NCBI GenBank assembly: GCA_964016885.1
Contig: OZ024749.1
Location: 14,260,001 to 14,324,000 of the forward strand
Source of the DNA: Eledone cirrhosa
Taxonomy: Eukaryota
Length of the DNA: 64,000 bases
Reading direction: 5' to 3'
Part shown: positions 1-13,733 of the stretch, piece by piece
Layout: the number at the start of each line of letters is the position of its first letter
How positions within the stretch are numbered: position 1 is the stretch's first letter
Made by a program: the position numbers and the translations under genes
Notes under the pieces: model-generated
Database searches by the model: none
The model's input: the letters and a program-made list of their open reading frames with translations, nothing else
Told to the model about the DNA's origin: nothing

Positions 1-52
1 AAGGTGAGAGAATTCTGGCCGGATATGGTAAGTTTGAATGCTAAAGGGTTAA
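1..52. mobile_element. Right end of a probable piggyBac-like MITE (…GAATGCTAAAGGG followed by TTAA)
   Basis: Terminus reads AGGG|TTAA (GGG at 46-48, TTAA at 49-52), the reverse complement of TTAA|CCCT, which is the piggyBac-type end plus target site. The other end is outside the window. Confidence 0.45.
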
Positions 53-437
53 ACCAATCTCTAGAGCAATCACCCTGTCCCAGTTGTCCTACTCCAGTCA
101 ACAGGTGGACACTCTGTGTGGGCCCATTAACTCAGGCCAATAATAATGGGTTTTTTTATTAACCGCACAGGGCTTACATTAAGAGGACAATGAAGATGGT
201 ATGGGATAGTTTAGTGTGTGGGGGGGGGGGGGTTGTGTGTGAAAGAAAGGTTTATAACAAAGTCTAGAAAAATAAACATTTGAAAAAACATAGCAAATTC
301 CCGAGGGTCACTAGTGGAGAAAGCCCACAAAAAGCTTTGGTAATATAATAATAATAATTATTATTTCTTTTATTGGCCGCCAAGGTATATGACTTTGGGG
401 GACAATGCAAGTATGAAAATCAATACAGGGTGGGGTT

Positions 438-787
438 TGCGAGGGTTGACTGGAAAGTTCATAGGCTGACCAAGATACTCTCATGAAATGACCAAATGAG
501 GTTTATTTTTCCAACAGAGTCTCTAGAAAGGAACAATGCAGTAAGTTATTAATGGGAAGAGTTGAAATGAATCCATGCAAGATTTCACAGCTCTAGCATA
601 GCTCCTTCATAGGCTGATCAAGATACTCTCATGGAATGACCAAATGAGGTTTATTTTTCAAAATAGTCCTTGGAATGGAAAAATGCAGTTAATAATAAGA
701 AGAGTTGAAATTAATCCATGCAAGATTTCACAGCTCTAGCAACACTCCTTCATAGTCAGCCTATGAACTTTTCAGTGCACCTTCATA
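438..787. mobile_element. Tc1/mariner-like MITE with ~33-bp TIRs and an internal ~148-bp tandem duplication
   Basis: Left TIR tgCGAGGGTTGACTGGAAAGTTCATAGGCTGAC (438-470) matches the reverse complement of the right TIR GTCAGCCTATGAACTTTTCAGTGCACCTTCAta (755-787). TA flanks the right end; the left flank is TG. The body 460-607 is repeated at 608-754. Confidence 0.8.
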
Positions 788-856
788 CATTGAATAAAGG
801 TGAGAGATAGATCAACAAAGGGAAAACTTTAGATACAAGAATAACAATAATTGTAA

Positions 857-919
857 TATAATAATGATGATAATGGTGATGGTGATGATAATGGTGGTGA
901 TGATGATGATGATGATAAT
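857..919. repeat. (TGA/TGG/TAA)n trinucleotide microsatellite
   Basis: Directly visible. It is the source of the spurious poly-His ORF 783-998. Confidence 0.85.
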
Positions 920-1151
920 CCCTAAATTGAGCCACAAAATAAATAAATAAAATATATATAAAATATTTGCTATTATATATACAATAAAACAATCTCAAAC
1001 GTCAAATTTAAAAAAAATAAAATTTTAATTTTCAATTTGACGAATACTTCCAGTGTTGATGAAATATATATTTTTTTACTAATGTTTTTTTTGTGTTTTT
1101 TTTTCTTGCCAATTTTAATGTTTGTTGAAAAGATGATTTTTGTTTTTTAAA

Positions 1152-1666
1152 TCAACATGAACTTGGTGTGTAAAGAAGATCTTGGTGTGTAAACACAACA
1201 CAATGTGTAAACAAGAACATGATGTGTAAGCATGATGTGTATACATGAATATGGTGTGTAAAAAAGAACATGTATAAACATGAACATGATGTGTAAACAA
1301 GAACATGGTGTGTAAACATGTGTGAACAAGAACATGTGCAGACAAGAACATGATGTGTAAACATGTGTACACAGGATGTTTACACATGATGTGTAAGCAT
1401 GCGTGTATACACGAACATGGTGTGTAAACATGAAAATGGTGTGTAAACATGAACATGATGTGTAAACAAGAACATGATGTGTAAACATGTGTAAACAAGA
1501 GCATGATGTGTAAACAAGAACATGGTGTGAAAACATATGTAAACAAGAGCATGATGTGTAAACATGTGTAAACAAGAACATGATGTGTAAACATGTGTAA
1601 ACACGAACATGATGTGTAAACATGTGTAAACAAGAAAATGATGTGTAAACATGATGTGTAAACACA
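1152..1666. repeat. Degenerate minisatellite built from AACATG(AT)GTGTAAAC(AAG) units of ~10-19 bp
   Basis: Recurrent aacatgatgtgtaaacaag and acatgtgtaa motifs. Confidence 0.9.
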
Positions 1667-1779
1667 AAGTTCTGTTGGTAAATGTTTTGTTTCTTGGTTT
1701 ATGAAAACTCCAGAAAAAAAAGACAAGATTTTTTTTCTTTTTTCTTTTTCATCTGGTTTAAAATGCTCTGTAAAATAAT

Positions 1780-1814
<35 letters not shown>

Positions 1815-2457
1815 GTGTGTGTGTGTATACATATTTATATATTGCTTCAACTCAGTCTCAGATCATGTCACTTGCCAGACATATATGACTCCCTTGTATA
1901 TATGTGTATATATATATATATATGAAATGAAATGAAGATGATATGTGTGTGTGTGTGTATGTATGAAAAAAGTAAACAGAAAGAACAAAGCAAATGACAC
2001 AGTAAAATGAAGAAATATATTAGTTTAACACTTGGTGTAGTTAATGAGGAGTCCTTTATCAGAATATAGAATGAGAAATCAAAGATGAAATAGAGAGTGA
2101 GAAGAGGAAGAAATGAAAAAAAAACATGTGTATTCAGTCAGTCATTTTGGAGAAATATATAAATATATATATATTTCACAGGATAACTGGATATTAAATG
2201 ATGGTTATTTATATCATAGATTGAGTTATAAACTCAAAATAGTCTTTTACAATTAAGTAGCTCAAAGAAGGGAATCTTTCCGAGCCGTGTAATATAATTG
2301 GATATATGAGAGGGATGAACACAGATATAAGTATACATGTGTTCCAATTACAAATGACCAAGTTAGCTAGGTTGAAAAAATACTAATTTAAAACAATATG
2401 GTTTGCCTCACTTGATTTAAAGAAATAAATCAATAAAAATAACAAACCTATATATAC

Positions 2458-2544
2458 CCAGTTTAATATAGAACTGTTTCATTGATGGTTTCTTTTGAAT
2501 GAAACAATTTTAGTCCTGTAGAAGCCATTTCTATATTAAACTGG
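2458..2544. mobile_element. Small fold-back remnant of the hammerhead-bearing pLTR family seen at 7491-9269
   Basis: 16-bp inverted ends CCAGTTTAATATAGAA…TTCTATATTAAACTGG enclose TTGATGG…GAATGAAACAATTTTAGTCCTGTAGAA, homologous to 7931-7972. TA runs flank it. Confidence 0.65.
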
Positions 2545-2556
2545 ATTTATATATAT

Positions 2557-3113
2557 ATCATCATCATCATCATCATCATCATTTTACGTCCGCTTTTCCC
2601 TGCTTGCAAGGGTGGGACGGGTCTTATTCAGCACAGCATCTCTCCACTCGTCACGGTCCCTCGTCATCTCCACCGTGAGCTTCAATGATCTGAGGTCTGT
2701 TCTCACCACCTCCGCCCATGTTTTTCGTGGTCTACCTCTACCACGTCTTCCTTCAACTGGCATTTCCTGGCACTTCTTCACCCATCGGTCATCCTCCATG
2801 CGCATCACATGTCCATACCACCTCAGTCTCCTCTCCCGTACACTACATTCTATCCCTCTCAGACACAGTTTCTCTCTCAACACATTTATGCTGGGTCGTT
2901 CACGCACATTTACACTGCACATCCAACGGAGCATGCTTGCCTCATTTCTCTCCAGCCGTCGCATATCTTCTGCGGTTGCTGCCCATGTCTCACTACCATG
3001 CAGCATCGCGCTCCTCACACAGGCATCATACAACCGGCCTTTCGTACGCAGGGAGAAACCCTTCTTCGTCAACAGAGGAAGCAGCTCCCTAAACTTCTTC
3101 CAACCCGTCCTTA
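2557..3113 (-). mobile_element. 5'-truncated RTE-clade non-LTR retrotransposon (3' end of the ORF plus (GAT)n tail)
   Basis: The minus ORF encodes RTGWKKFRELLPLL…LYDACVRSAMLHGSETWA…RRLRWYGHVMRM…GRGRPRKTW, the typical RTE C-terminal region. The stop codon is followed immediately by a (GAT)n tail. Both ends abut (TA)n. Confidence 0.92.
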
Positions 3114-3126
3114 TATATATATATAA

Positions 3127-3333
3127 GGGAAAATTTGAACAGGGACAAAACAGAGAGGCAGTACAATAAATGTTTATTAATTTCACGCTCAGGAGAGTGG
3201 GGGGTAGGTGGGGGACGACGTTTCGGGCATAAGTCCTTCCTCAGGTGAGAAGTGTGTGGGAACAGAGTTCAAAAGGTGTGTAGGGGAGTGGTGGAGAGAC
3301 ATATAGCGAAAGGAAACGGTGCGAATGAAAAAT
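3127..3333 (-). mobile_element. Penelope-like pLTR fragment with an incomplete hammerhead-like core
   Basis: The minus strand at 3244-3214 reads CTGAGGA-aggacttatgccc-GAAA-CGTCGTC, with AATAAA further downstream. It is flanked by (TA)n. Stem I cannot be formed. Confidence 0.55.
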
Positions 3334-3350
3334 TATATATATATATATAT

Positions 3351-3903
3351 GTAGATAAATCTACCAAAAGTTTACGGTAGTGTCCAATCCGTATGAAGAA
3401 CTCAATGTAATCCGGATATCATGGAAAGAAGAGATGCATTCAAAAATCACTTTCGGTGAAAGATAAACGGAATACAGAGACAAGATAAAATATTAAAAAA
3501 ATAATGAATAAAACAATGAAACAGTTCCTTATATTAAACAAAAAAAGTTCATTATTTAACGATCGTTTCTAGGACATATATGTGTTAGAATTGGTATGCA
3601 TATTCAAAAGATCTATGTACAAAATTATACAAAATTATACAAACTATCAAATATAATATACATACCAACACATACATATGCCGTCTTCAGAAATAATGAT
3701 TATTTCTGAAGACGGCATATGTATGTGTTGGTATGTATATTATATTTGATAGTTTGTATAATTTTGTATAATTTTGTACATAGATCTTTTGAATATGCAT
3801 ACCAATTCTAACACATATATGTCCTAGAAACGATCGTTAAATAATGAACTTTTTTTGTTTAATATAAGGAACTGTTTCATTGTTTTATTCATTATTTTTT
3901 TTA

Positions 3904-3912
<9 letters not shown>
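3351..3912. mobile_element. Fold-back Penelope-like pLTR: ~213-bp near-perfect palindrome (3485-3912, centre 3698) with a one-sided extension (3351-3484)
   Basis: The arms are reverse complements around AAATAAT-G-ATTATTT and differ by one nt in a homopolymer. Both sides are flanked by (TA)n. Each arm contains a hammerhead motif. Confidence 0.85.
3699..3845 (+). ncRNA. Type I hammerhead ribozyme motif with a long stem II (mirror copy on the minus strand at 3551-3697)
   Basis: Stem I ATTATTT(3699-3705)/AAATAAT(3839-3845); core CTGAAGA (3706-3712); extended stem II; GAAA (3827-3830); palindromic stem III ACGATCGT; predicted cleavage after GTT at 3838. The base of stem II is imperfect. Confidence 0.7.
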
Positions 3913-3939
<27 letters not shown>

Positions 3940-3942
<3 letters not shown>

Positions 3943-4215
3943 TCATTGTTTTACGCCCATTCTTCCACGCTAGCATGGGTTAGACGGGTTGTCCTGCTGT
4001 GGGCAGTGTCCAGTCGGCTGACCATGTCTTGCTCATACAGGAACTGATTCTGGCTTGATTTCTACAGCTGGATGCCCTTCCTAACGCCAACCTCATTTAC
4101 AGTGAGTGCTGGGTGCTTTTTTTCTGTGACGCCTACACATCCCCTTTACAGTGTGGGCTGGGTGCTTTTTTTGCCGTGGCACCTCCACGACCACTTTGCA
4201 GTGGGAGGGTGTGGG
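3940..4215 (-). mobile_element. Non-autonomous RTE-tailed retroelement (SINE-like)
   Basis: Its end CATCATTGTTTTACGCCCATTCTTCCACGCTAGCATGGGTTAGACGGG is homologous to the RTE 3' end at 2575-2622. It contains CTGGATGCCCTTCCTAACGCCAACC, a motif recalled from RTE-associated repeats. Confidence 0.65.
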
Positions 4216-4251
4216 GCCATATTGTCTATATGCCTCAGCTTCGGCTTGTTC

Positions 4252-4282
<31 letters not shown>

Positions 4283-4368
4283 ATAAAAATAAAAAGGACA
4301 ATTTGTTATGTCTTCATTAGGTTTATTGAGTGGTCAACCTACAGTAACTGGACATTATATTCCCTAGC

Positions 4369-4625
4369 TATATATATATATATATATGTGTATATATATA
4401 TATATATATGTGTATATATATGTATATATATATATATGTGTATATATATGTATATATATATATGTGTATATATATGTATATATATATATATGTGTATATA
4501 TATGTATGTATATATATATGTGTATATATATGTATGTATATATATATATATATGTATATATAATATATATGTATATATATATATATGTATATATGTATAT
4601 ATATATATATGTATATATATATATG

Positions 4626-4716
<91 letters not shown>

Positions 4717-4721
4717 GTGTA

Positions 4722-4752
<31 letters not shown>

Positions 4753-4913
4753 ATATGTATATGTATATATGTATATATATGTATATGTATATATGTATAT
4801 ATATGTATATATATATGTATATATGTATATATATATGTATATATATATGTATATATATATGTATATATGTATATATATATGTATATATATATGTATATAT
4901 GTATATATATATG

Positions 4914-4950
<37 letters not shown>

Positions 4951-5035
4951 GCATATGTATATATATATATATATGTATATATGTATATATATATGTGTAT
5001 ATATATATATATGTATATATGTATATATATATGTG

Positions 5036-5080
<45 letters not shown>

Positions 5081-5081
5081 G

Positions 5082-5116
<35 letters not shown>

Positions 5117-5337
5117 GTATATATATATGTATATATATATATGTATATATATGTATATGTATATATGTATATATATGTATATGTATATATGTATATATAT
5201 ATATGTATATGTATATATGTATATATATATATGTATATGTATATATGTATATGTATATATGTATATATATATATGTATATATATATGTATATATATATAC
5301 ATGTATATATATATACATGTCTATATATATACATGTG

Positions 5338-5368
<31 letters not shown>

Positions 5369-5644
5369 GTATATATATATACATGTCTATATATATACAT
5401 GTGTATATATATACATGTGTATATATATACATGTGTATATATATATACATGTGTATATATATATACATGTGTATATATATATATACATGTATATATACGA
5501 AATTGAGCGTGGAATGGATAGAGAAAAATTTGTACTTTATATATATATATATATATGTATATGTATGTACTTTATACATATATATATATATGTATATGTA
5601 TGTGTGTGTGTGTATGTATGTATGTGTGTGCGTGTGTCTGTGTG

Positions 5645-5679
<35 letters not shown>

Positions 5680-5808
5680 ATATATATATATATATATATG
5701 TATATAGTTGTGTGGGCAGGTGTGTATATATATATATATATGAGTGTGTGTGTGTATTTGTATGTATATATATATATATATATATGTGTATGTATGTGTG
5801 TGTGTATA

Positions 5809-5845
<37 letters not shown>

Positions 5846-5898
5846 ATATGTATGTATATATATATATATATATATATGTGTGTATATGTATATGTATG

Positions 5899-5931
<33 letters not shown>

Positions 5932-5994
5932 ATGTGTGTATATATGTGTATATATATGTCTGTGTATGTGTGTATGTATGTATGTGTGTGTATG

Positions 5995-6039
<45 letters not shown>

Positions 6040-6144
6040 GTATATATATATATATGTGCGTGAGAGAGAGAGTGTGTATATATATTTGTGTGTGTGTGTG
6101 TGTATGTGTGTATGCGTGTGTGTGTATGTATATATATATATGTA

Positions 6145-6189
<45 letters not shown>

Positions 6190-6305
6190 ATATATGTATA
6201 TGTGTGTGTATATATGCGTCATATGTCTGTGTATATATATGTGTATATTTATGTATAGGTCTGTGTATGTATGTGTATATTTGTATATGTATGGATATGT
6301 GTATG

Positions 6306-6336
<31 letters not shown>

Positions 6337-6443
6337 ATGTATAGATGTTTATACATATGCATGTGTATGTGTGTGTGTGTGTATATATATGTGTGTGTGT
6401 ATATATGTGTGTGCGTGTATATATATATATATATATATATGTG

Positions 6444-6484
<41 letters not shown>

Positions 6485-6708
6485 ATGTATGTATGTGTGT
6501 GTGTGTGTTTGTATGTGTATATATTTGTTTATGTGTGTGTATATATATATATTTATATATATATATATATATGTGTGTATGTGTATGTATGTATATAAGT
6601 ATGTGGTTATATATATGAATGTATATATATATATGTATTTGTGTATATATATATGTGTGTGTGTGTTTGTGTGTATGTGTGTGTATATATATATGTGTGT
6701 GTATGGGG

Positions 6709-6762
<54 letters not shown>

Positions 6763-6805
6763 GTGTGTGTGTGTGTGCATGTGTGTGTGTGTATGTATAT
6801 ATGTG

Positions 6806-6838
<33 letters not shown>

Positions 6839-7159
6839 GTATATGTGTATATGTATATGTATATATATATGTATACGTATGTGTGTGTATATATGTATGT
6901 GTATGTATGTATGTGTGTATGTGTGTATATATATATATATATGTATGTATATGTATATATATATATATATATATGTGTGTGTATATATATGTATGTATGT
7001 ATATATATATATATATATATTTGTGTATGTATATATGTCTATGTGTATTTGTGTGTATATACATGTATATTCGTGTTTGTATGTATGCGTGTGAGTGTAT
7101 TTATTTGTGTATATATATATGTGCGTGTGTGTGTATGTATGTGTATGTGTGTGTGTGTA

Positions 7160-7206
<47 letters not shown>

Positions 7207-7225
7207 ATATATGTGTATATATTTT

Positions 7226-7278
<53 letters not shown>

Positions 7279-7425
7279 TATATATGTATGTGTGTATGTA
7301 TGTCTGTATGTACGTGTGTGTACATGAATATATATTTATATATTTTTATATATATGTGTGTGTGTTTTTATGTGTGTATATGTGTTTGTGTGTGTGTGTG
7401 TTTATGGTTGCGCGTAAGTGTGTGA
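4369..7425. repeat. Compound (TA)n/(TATG)n/(TG)n microsatellite of ~3 kb
   Basis: Directly visible, with a ~40-bp non-repetitive island at 5498-5537. Confidence 0.97.
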
Positions 7426-7490
7426 GTGAGTATGTGTTTTTTTGTTTTTTTGTGAATGTGTCTGTTGATTTTTGGCATATAGTTGATTAG

Positions 7491-7990
7491 TTTAAGAGAA
7501 GTTCGAAGATAATAGTAAGATATGCACTCAGTATTTTGAATCTGTCTGCAGAATTCTCTAGACCTTTGTCACTTAGTAGAACCTTAATGACTTTAGCTTT
7601 TAAAGAATCTCCCTTTTCTTTAATTCTATCGACTATGACTGACCCCCCACTGATTTTATAGACATCTGTTAGCTTAAGAGAAACTTATTGACAAGGATTG
7701 GTAGGCCATCCGGAACCTGTTTATAGAATTCTGTCTGCCCTTGTTACTCTAAAAACATAAATAAATAAAAATAAAAATAAAAATAAAAATAAACTATAGC
7801 TTTGTAGAATTAGCTTTTAATGAATTCCCTTTTCTATCAACCAATGACCTGCACCCATCCCACTCCCCACCCTCTCCTACCACTTGTAGAGACCTATAAA
7901 TACCATATTTATTTTTTGATACCCAGATTCCTGATGATTTCAAATGAATGAAACAGTTCTAGTCCTGTAGAATCTCATCTATATTAAAAC
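7491..7990 (+). mobile_element. Penelope-like pLTR copy A (500 bp, hammerhead near the 3' end)
   Basis: Diverged direct repeat of 8788-9269. It ends ATATTAAAAC and runs into (TA)n. Confidence 0.8.
7925..7975 (+). ncRNA. Type I hammerhead ribozyme (copy A)
   Basis: Stem I AGATTC/GAATCT; core CTGATGA; stem II t-TTC-aaat-GAA-t; GAAA; stem III ACAG/CTGT; predicted cleavage after GTA at 7969. Confidence 0.8.
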
Positions 7991-8222
7991 TATGTATATG
8001 TATATATATATGTATGTATATGTATATATATGTATATGTATATATATGTATATGTATATATATGTATATATATGTATATGTATATATATGTATATATATA
8101 TATATGTATATATATGTATATGTATATATATGTATATGTATATATATGTATATATATATATATGTATGTATATGTATATATATGTATATGTATATATATG
8201 TATATGTATATGTATATATATG

Positions 8223-8291
<69 letters not shown>

Positions 8292-8308
8292 GTATATGTA
8301 TATATATG

Positions 8309-8343
<35 letters not shown>

Positions 8344-8350
8344 GTATATA
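7991..8350. repeat. (TATATG)-type microsatellite
   Basis: Directly visible. Confidence 0.97.
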
Positions 8351-8433
8351 CGTTATTCCGGGTTGAATCGGAGGTAACCACAGTAAGTAAGGTACTCAAT
8401 ACATAGCAGAGTATAACAGTTTTAATATAGATG

Positions 8434-8484
8434 AGATTCTACAGGACTAGAACTGTTTCATTCATTAGAAATCATCAGGAATCT
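8434..8484 (-). ncRNA. Type I hammerhead ribozyme (copy B, antisense)
   Basis: Reverse complement of 9204-9254. Confidence 0.8.
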
Positions 8485-9119
8485 GGGTATCATAAAATAA
8501 ATATGGTATTTATAGGTCTCTACAAGTGGTAGGAGAGGGTGGGGAGTGGGATGGGTGCAGGTCATTGGTTGATAGAGAAGGGAATTCATTAAAAGCTAAT
8601 TCTACATAGCTATAGTTAATTTATATTTATTTATGTTTTTAGAGTAACAAAGGCAGACAGAATTCTATAAACAGGTTCCGGATGGCATACCATTCCTTGT
8701 CAATAAGTTTCTCTTAAGCTAGCAGATGTCTATAAAATCAGTGGGGGGGTCATTCATGCTCAATAGAATTAAAGAAAAGGGAGATTCTTTAAGAGAAGTT
8801 CGAAGATAATAGTAAGATATGCACTCAGTATTTTGAATCTGTCTGCAGAATTCCCTAGACCTTTGTCACTTAGTAGAACCTTAATGACTTTAGCTTTTAA
8901 AGAATCTCCCTTTTCTTTAATTCTATCGAGCATGAATGACCCCCCACTGATTTTATAGACATCTGCTAGCTTAAGAGAAACTTATTGACAAGGAATGGTA
9001 TGCCATCCGGAACCTGTTTATAGAATTCTGTCTGCCTTTGTTACTCTAAAAACATAAATAAATATAAATTAACTATAGCTATGTAGAATTAGCTTTTAAT
9101 GAATTCCCTTCTCTATCAA

Positions 9120-9181
9120 CCAATGACCTGCACCCATCCCACTCCCCACCCTCTCCTACCACTTGTAGAGACCTATAAATA
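9120..9181 (+). promoter_or_regulatory. Putative Pol II promoter in the pLTR (CCAAT, CACCC, TATAAATA)
   Basis: CCAAT at 9120, CCCCACCC at about 9144 and TATAAATA at 9174-9181, which is 30 nt upstream of the hammerhead 5' end (9204). The same motifs occur in copies A and B. Confidence 0.5.
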
Positions 9182-9203
9182 CCATATTTATTTTTTGATA
9201 CCC

Positions 9204-9254
9204 AGATTCCTGATGATTTCTAATGAATGAAACAGTTCTAGTCCTGTAGAATCT
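9204..9254 (+). ncRNA. Type I hammerhead ribozyme (copy C)
   Basis: AGATTC-CTGATGA-tTTCtaatGAAt-GAAA-CAGttctagtcCTG-T-A-GAATCT; predicted cleavage after 9248. Confidence 0.8.
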
Positions 9255-9269
9255 CATCTATATTAAAAC

Positions 9270-11055
<1,786 letters not shown>

Positions 11056-11497
11056 TATTGGTAAACGGAATAGAAAATGCTGACAAATTGTTCACAGTTG
11101 AAAAATGGTTTAATTAGGAATAAAAGAGTATTAGTGATTGTATGGGTTAGTATTCAGTTGTGGTTTTAAGTTTTTAAGTTTTTACCGGTTGCGCATTTCT
11201 TGATTTACCGGTTGCATTTACCGGTTGCGCAATTTTGAGATAGAGTGTCCGTGCTGTTTGCTCTGAGCAAACAGCACGGACACTCTATCTCAAAATTATT
11301 TTTGAAAAGCATTTAGAAATGCGCAACCGGTAAAAACTTAAAAACTTAAAACCACAACTGAATACTAACCCATACAATCACTAATACTCTTTTATTCCTA
11401 ATTAAACCATTTTTCAACTGTGAACAATTTGTCAGCATTTTCTATTCCGTTTACCAATATATAATAACTTGTGTGTTACACCTCTATTCTTTTAACT
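11056..11497. mobile_element. Nested fold-back element (Penelope-like): outer arms ~11056-11200/11315-11459, inner 33-bp hairpin 11231-11297, tail 11460-11497
   Basis: Reverse-complement arms are directly visible and the element is flanked by TA microsatellites. A variant hammerhead-like motif lies at 11299-11335. Confidence 0.75.
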
Positions 11498-13321
<1,824 letters not shown>

Positions 13322-13537
13322 GGTTTGGAGATGTGGGCAATATATGGCCTTGAAAACTTAGGTAGCGCTTTTGTTCTGTGTATGAATAATATATTCGTTC
13401 TTGTGTTTCTTTTGCAAGATTTCTTATCTGAAAACATGTGTTGAAACAGATATTGTTATACTCAGGGAGGGTCATGCTGCCAATAAAAATAAGATAGTGT
13501 AAGACAAAACAAAGAAAAGACACAAAATAATAAATTA

Positions 13538-13580
13538 GTCACTGAGGAGGTCAGAGAATATGTGACAAAAGAGCTTTGAC
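13538..13580 (+). ncRNA. Decayed minimal hammerhead motif (GAAA changed to AAAA)
   Basis: GTCA-CTGAGGA-gGTCA…TGAC-AAAA-gagcT-T-TGAC, followed directly by AATAAA. Confidence 0.5.
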
Positions 13581-13705
13581 AATAAACAAATACACTATCA
13601 TCCAGTTATTAAACCAGCCAACTGGAAATTTGTAATAAATTGAAGTGAAAATCAACAGGTACATATGTCTTTATTCGCAGCATGACCTGGCCAAAGTATA
13701 ACAAT

Positions 13706-13733
13706 CAGGGAAAAGCGAATGTAAAATGATGAT
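13706..13733 (+). mobile_element. Very short RTE 3'-end remnant
   Basis: CAGGGAAAAGCGAATGTAAAATGATGAT resembles the reverse complement of 2576-2602. Confidence 0.55.

Larger units (their letters stand above)
8351..9269. mobile_element. Penelope-like insertion: inverted partial pLTR (8419-8792, minus strand, with tail 8351-8418) fused to a direct pLTR (8788-9269, plus strand)
   Basis: 8419-8792 is the near-exact reverse complement of 8897-9269. The junction has TTTAA microhomology. (TA)n lies on both sides. An inverted plus direct pLTR pair is the known structure of 5'-truncated Penelope-like elements. Confidence 0.82.

Noticed and set aside
150-430. Two similar TTTATT..CCGC…GGACAATG segments, possibly LINE 3' ends
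   Set aside because: They are too short and degenerate to assign without a repeat library.
783-998. Poly-His ORF
   Set aside because: It derives from the (TGA/TGG)n microsatellite read on the minus strand.
1115-1726. Overlapping His/Cys-rich ORFs
   Set aside because: They are minisatellite translations in three frames.
2255-2300. Hammerhead-like CTCAAAGA…GAGC…TA motif
   Set aside because: It has too many core mismatches to support.
2612-3169. Plus-strand ORFs of 105-185 aa
   Set aside because: They are antisense shadows of the RTE coding sequence.
7491-7630. Short stop-free frames in the pLTR unit as GIY-YIG or RT remnants
   Set aside because: No recognisable motif is present in either orientation.
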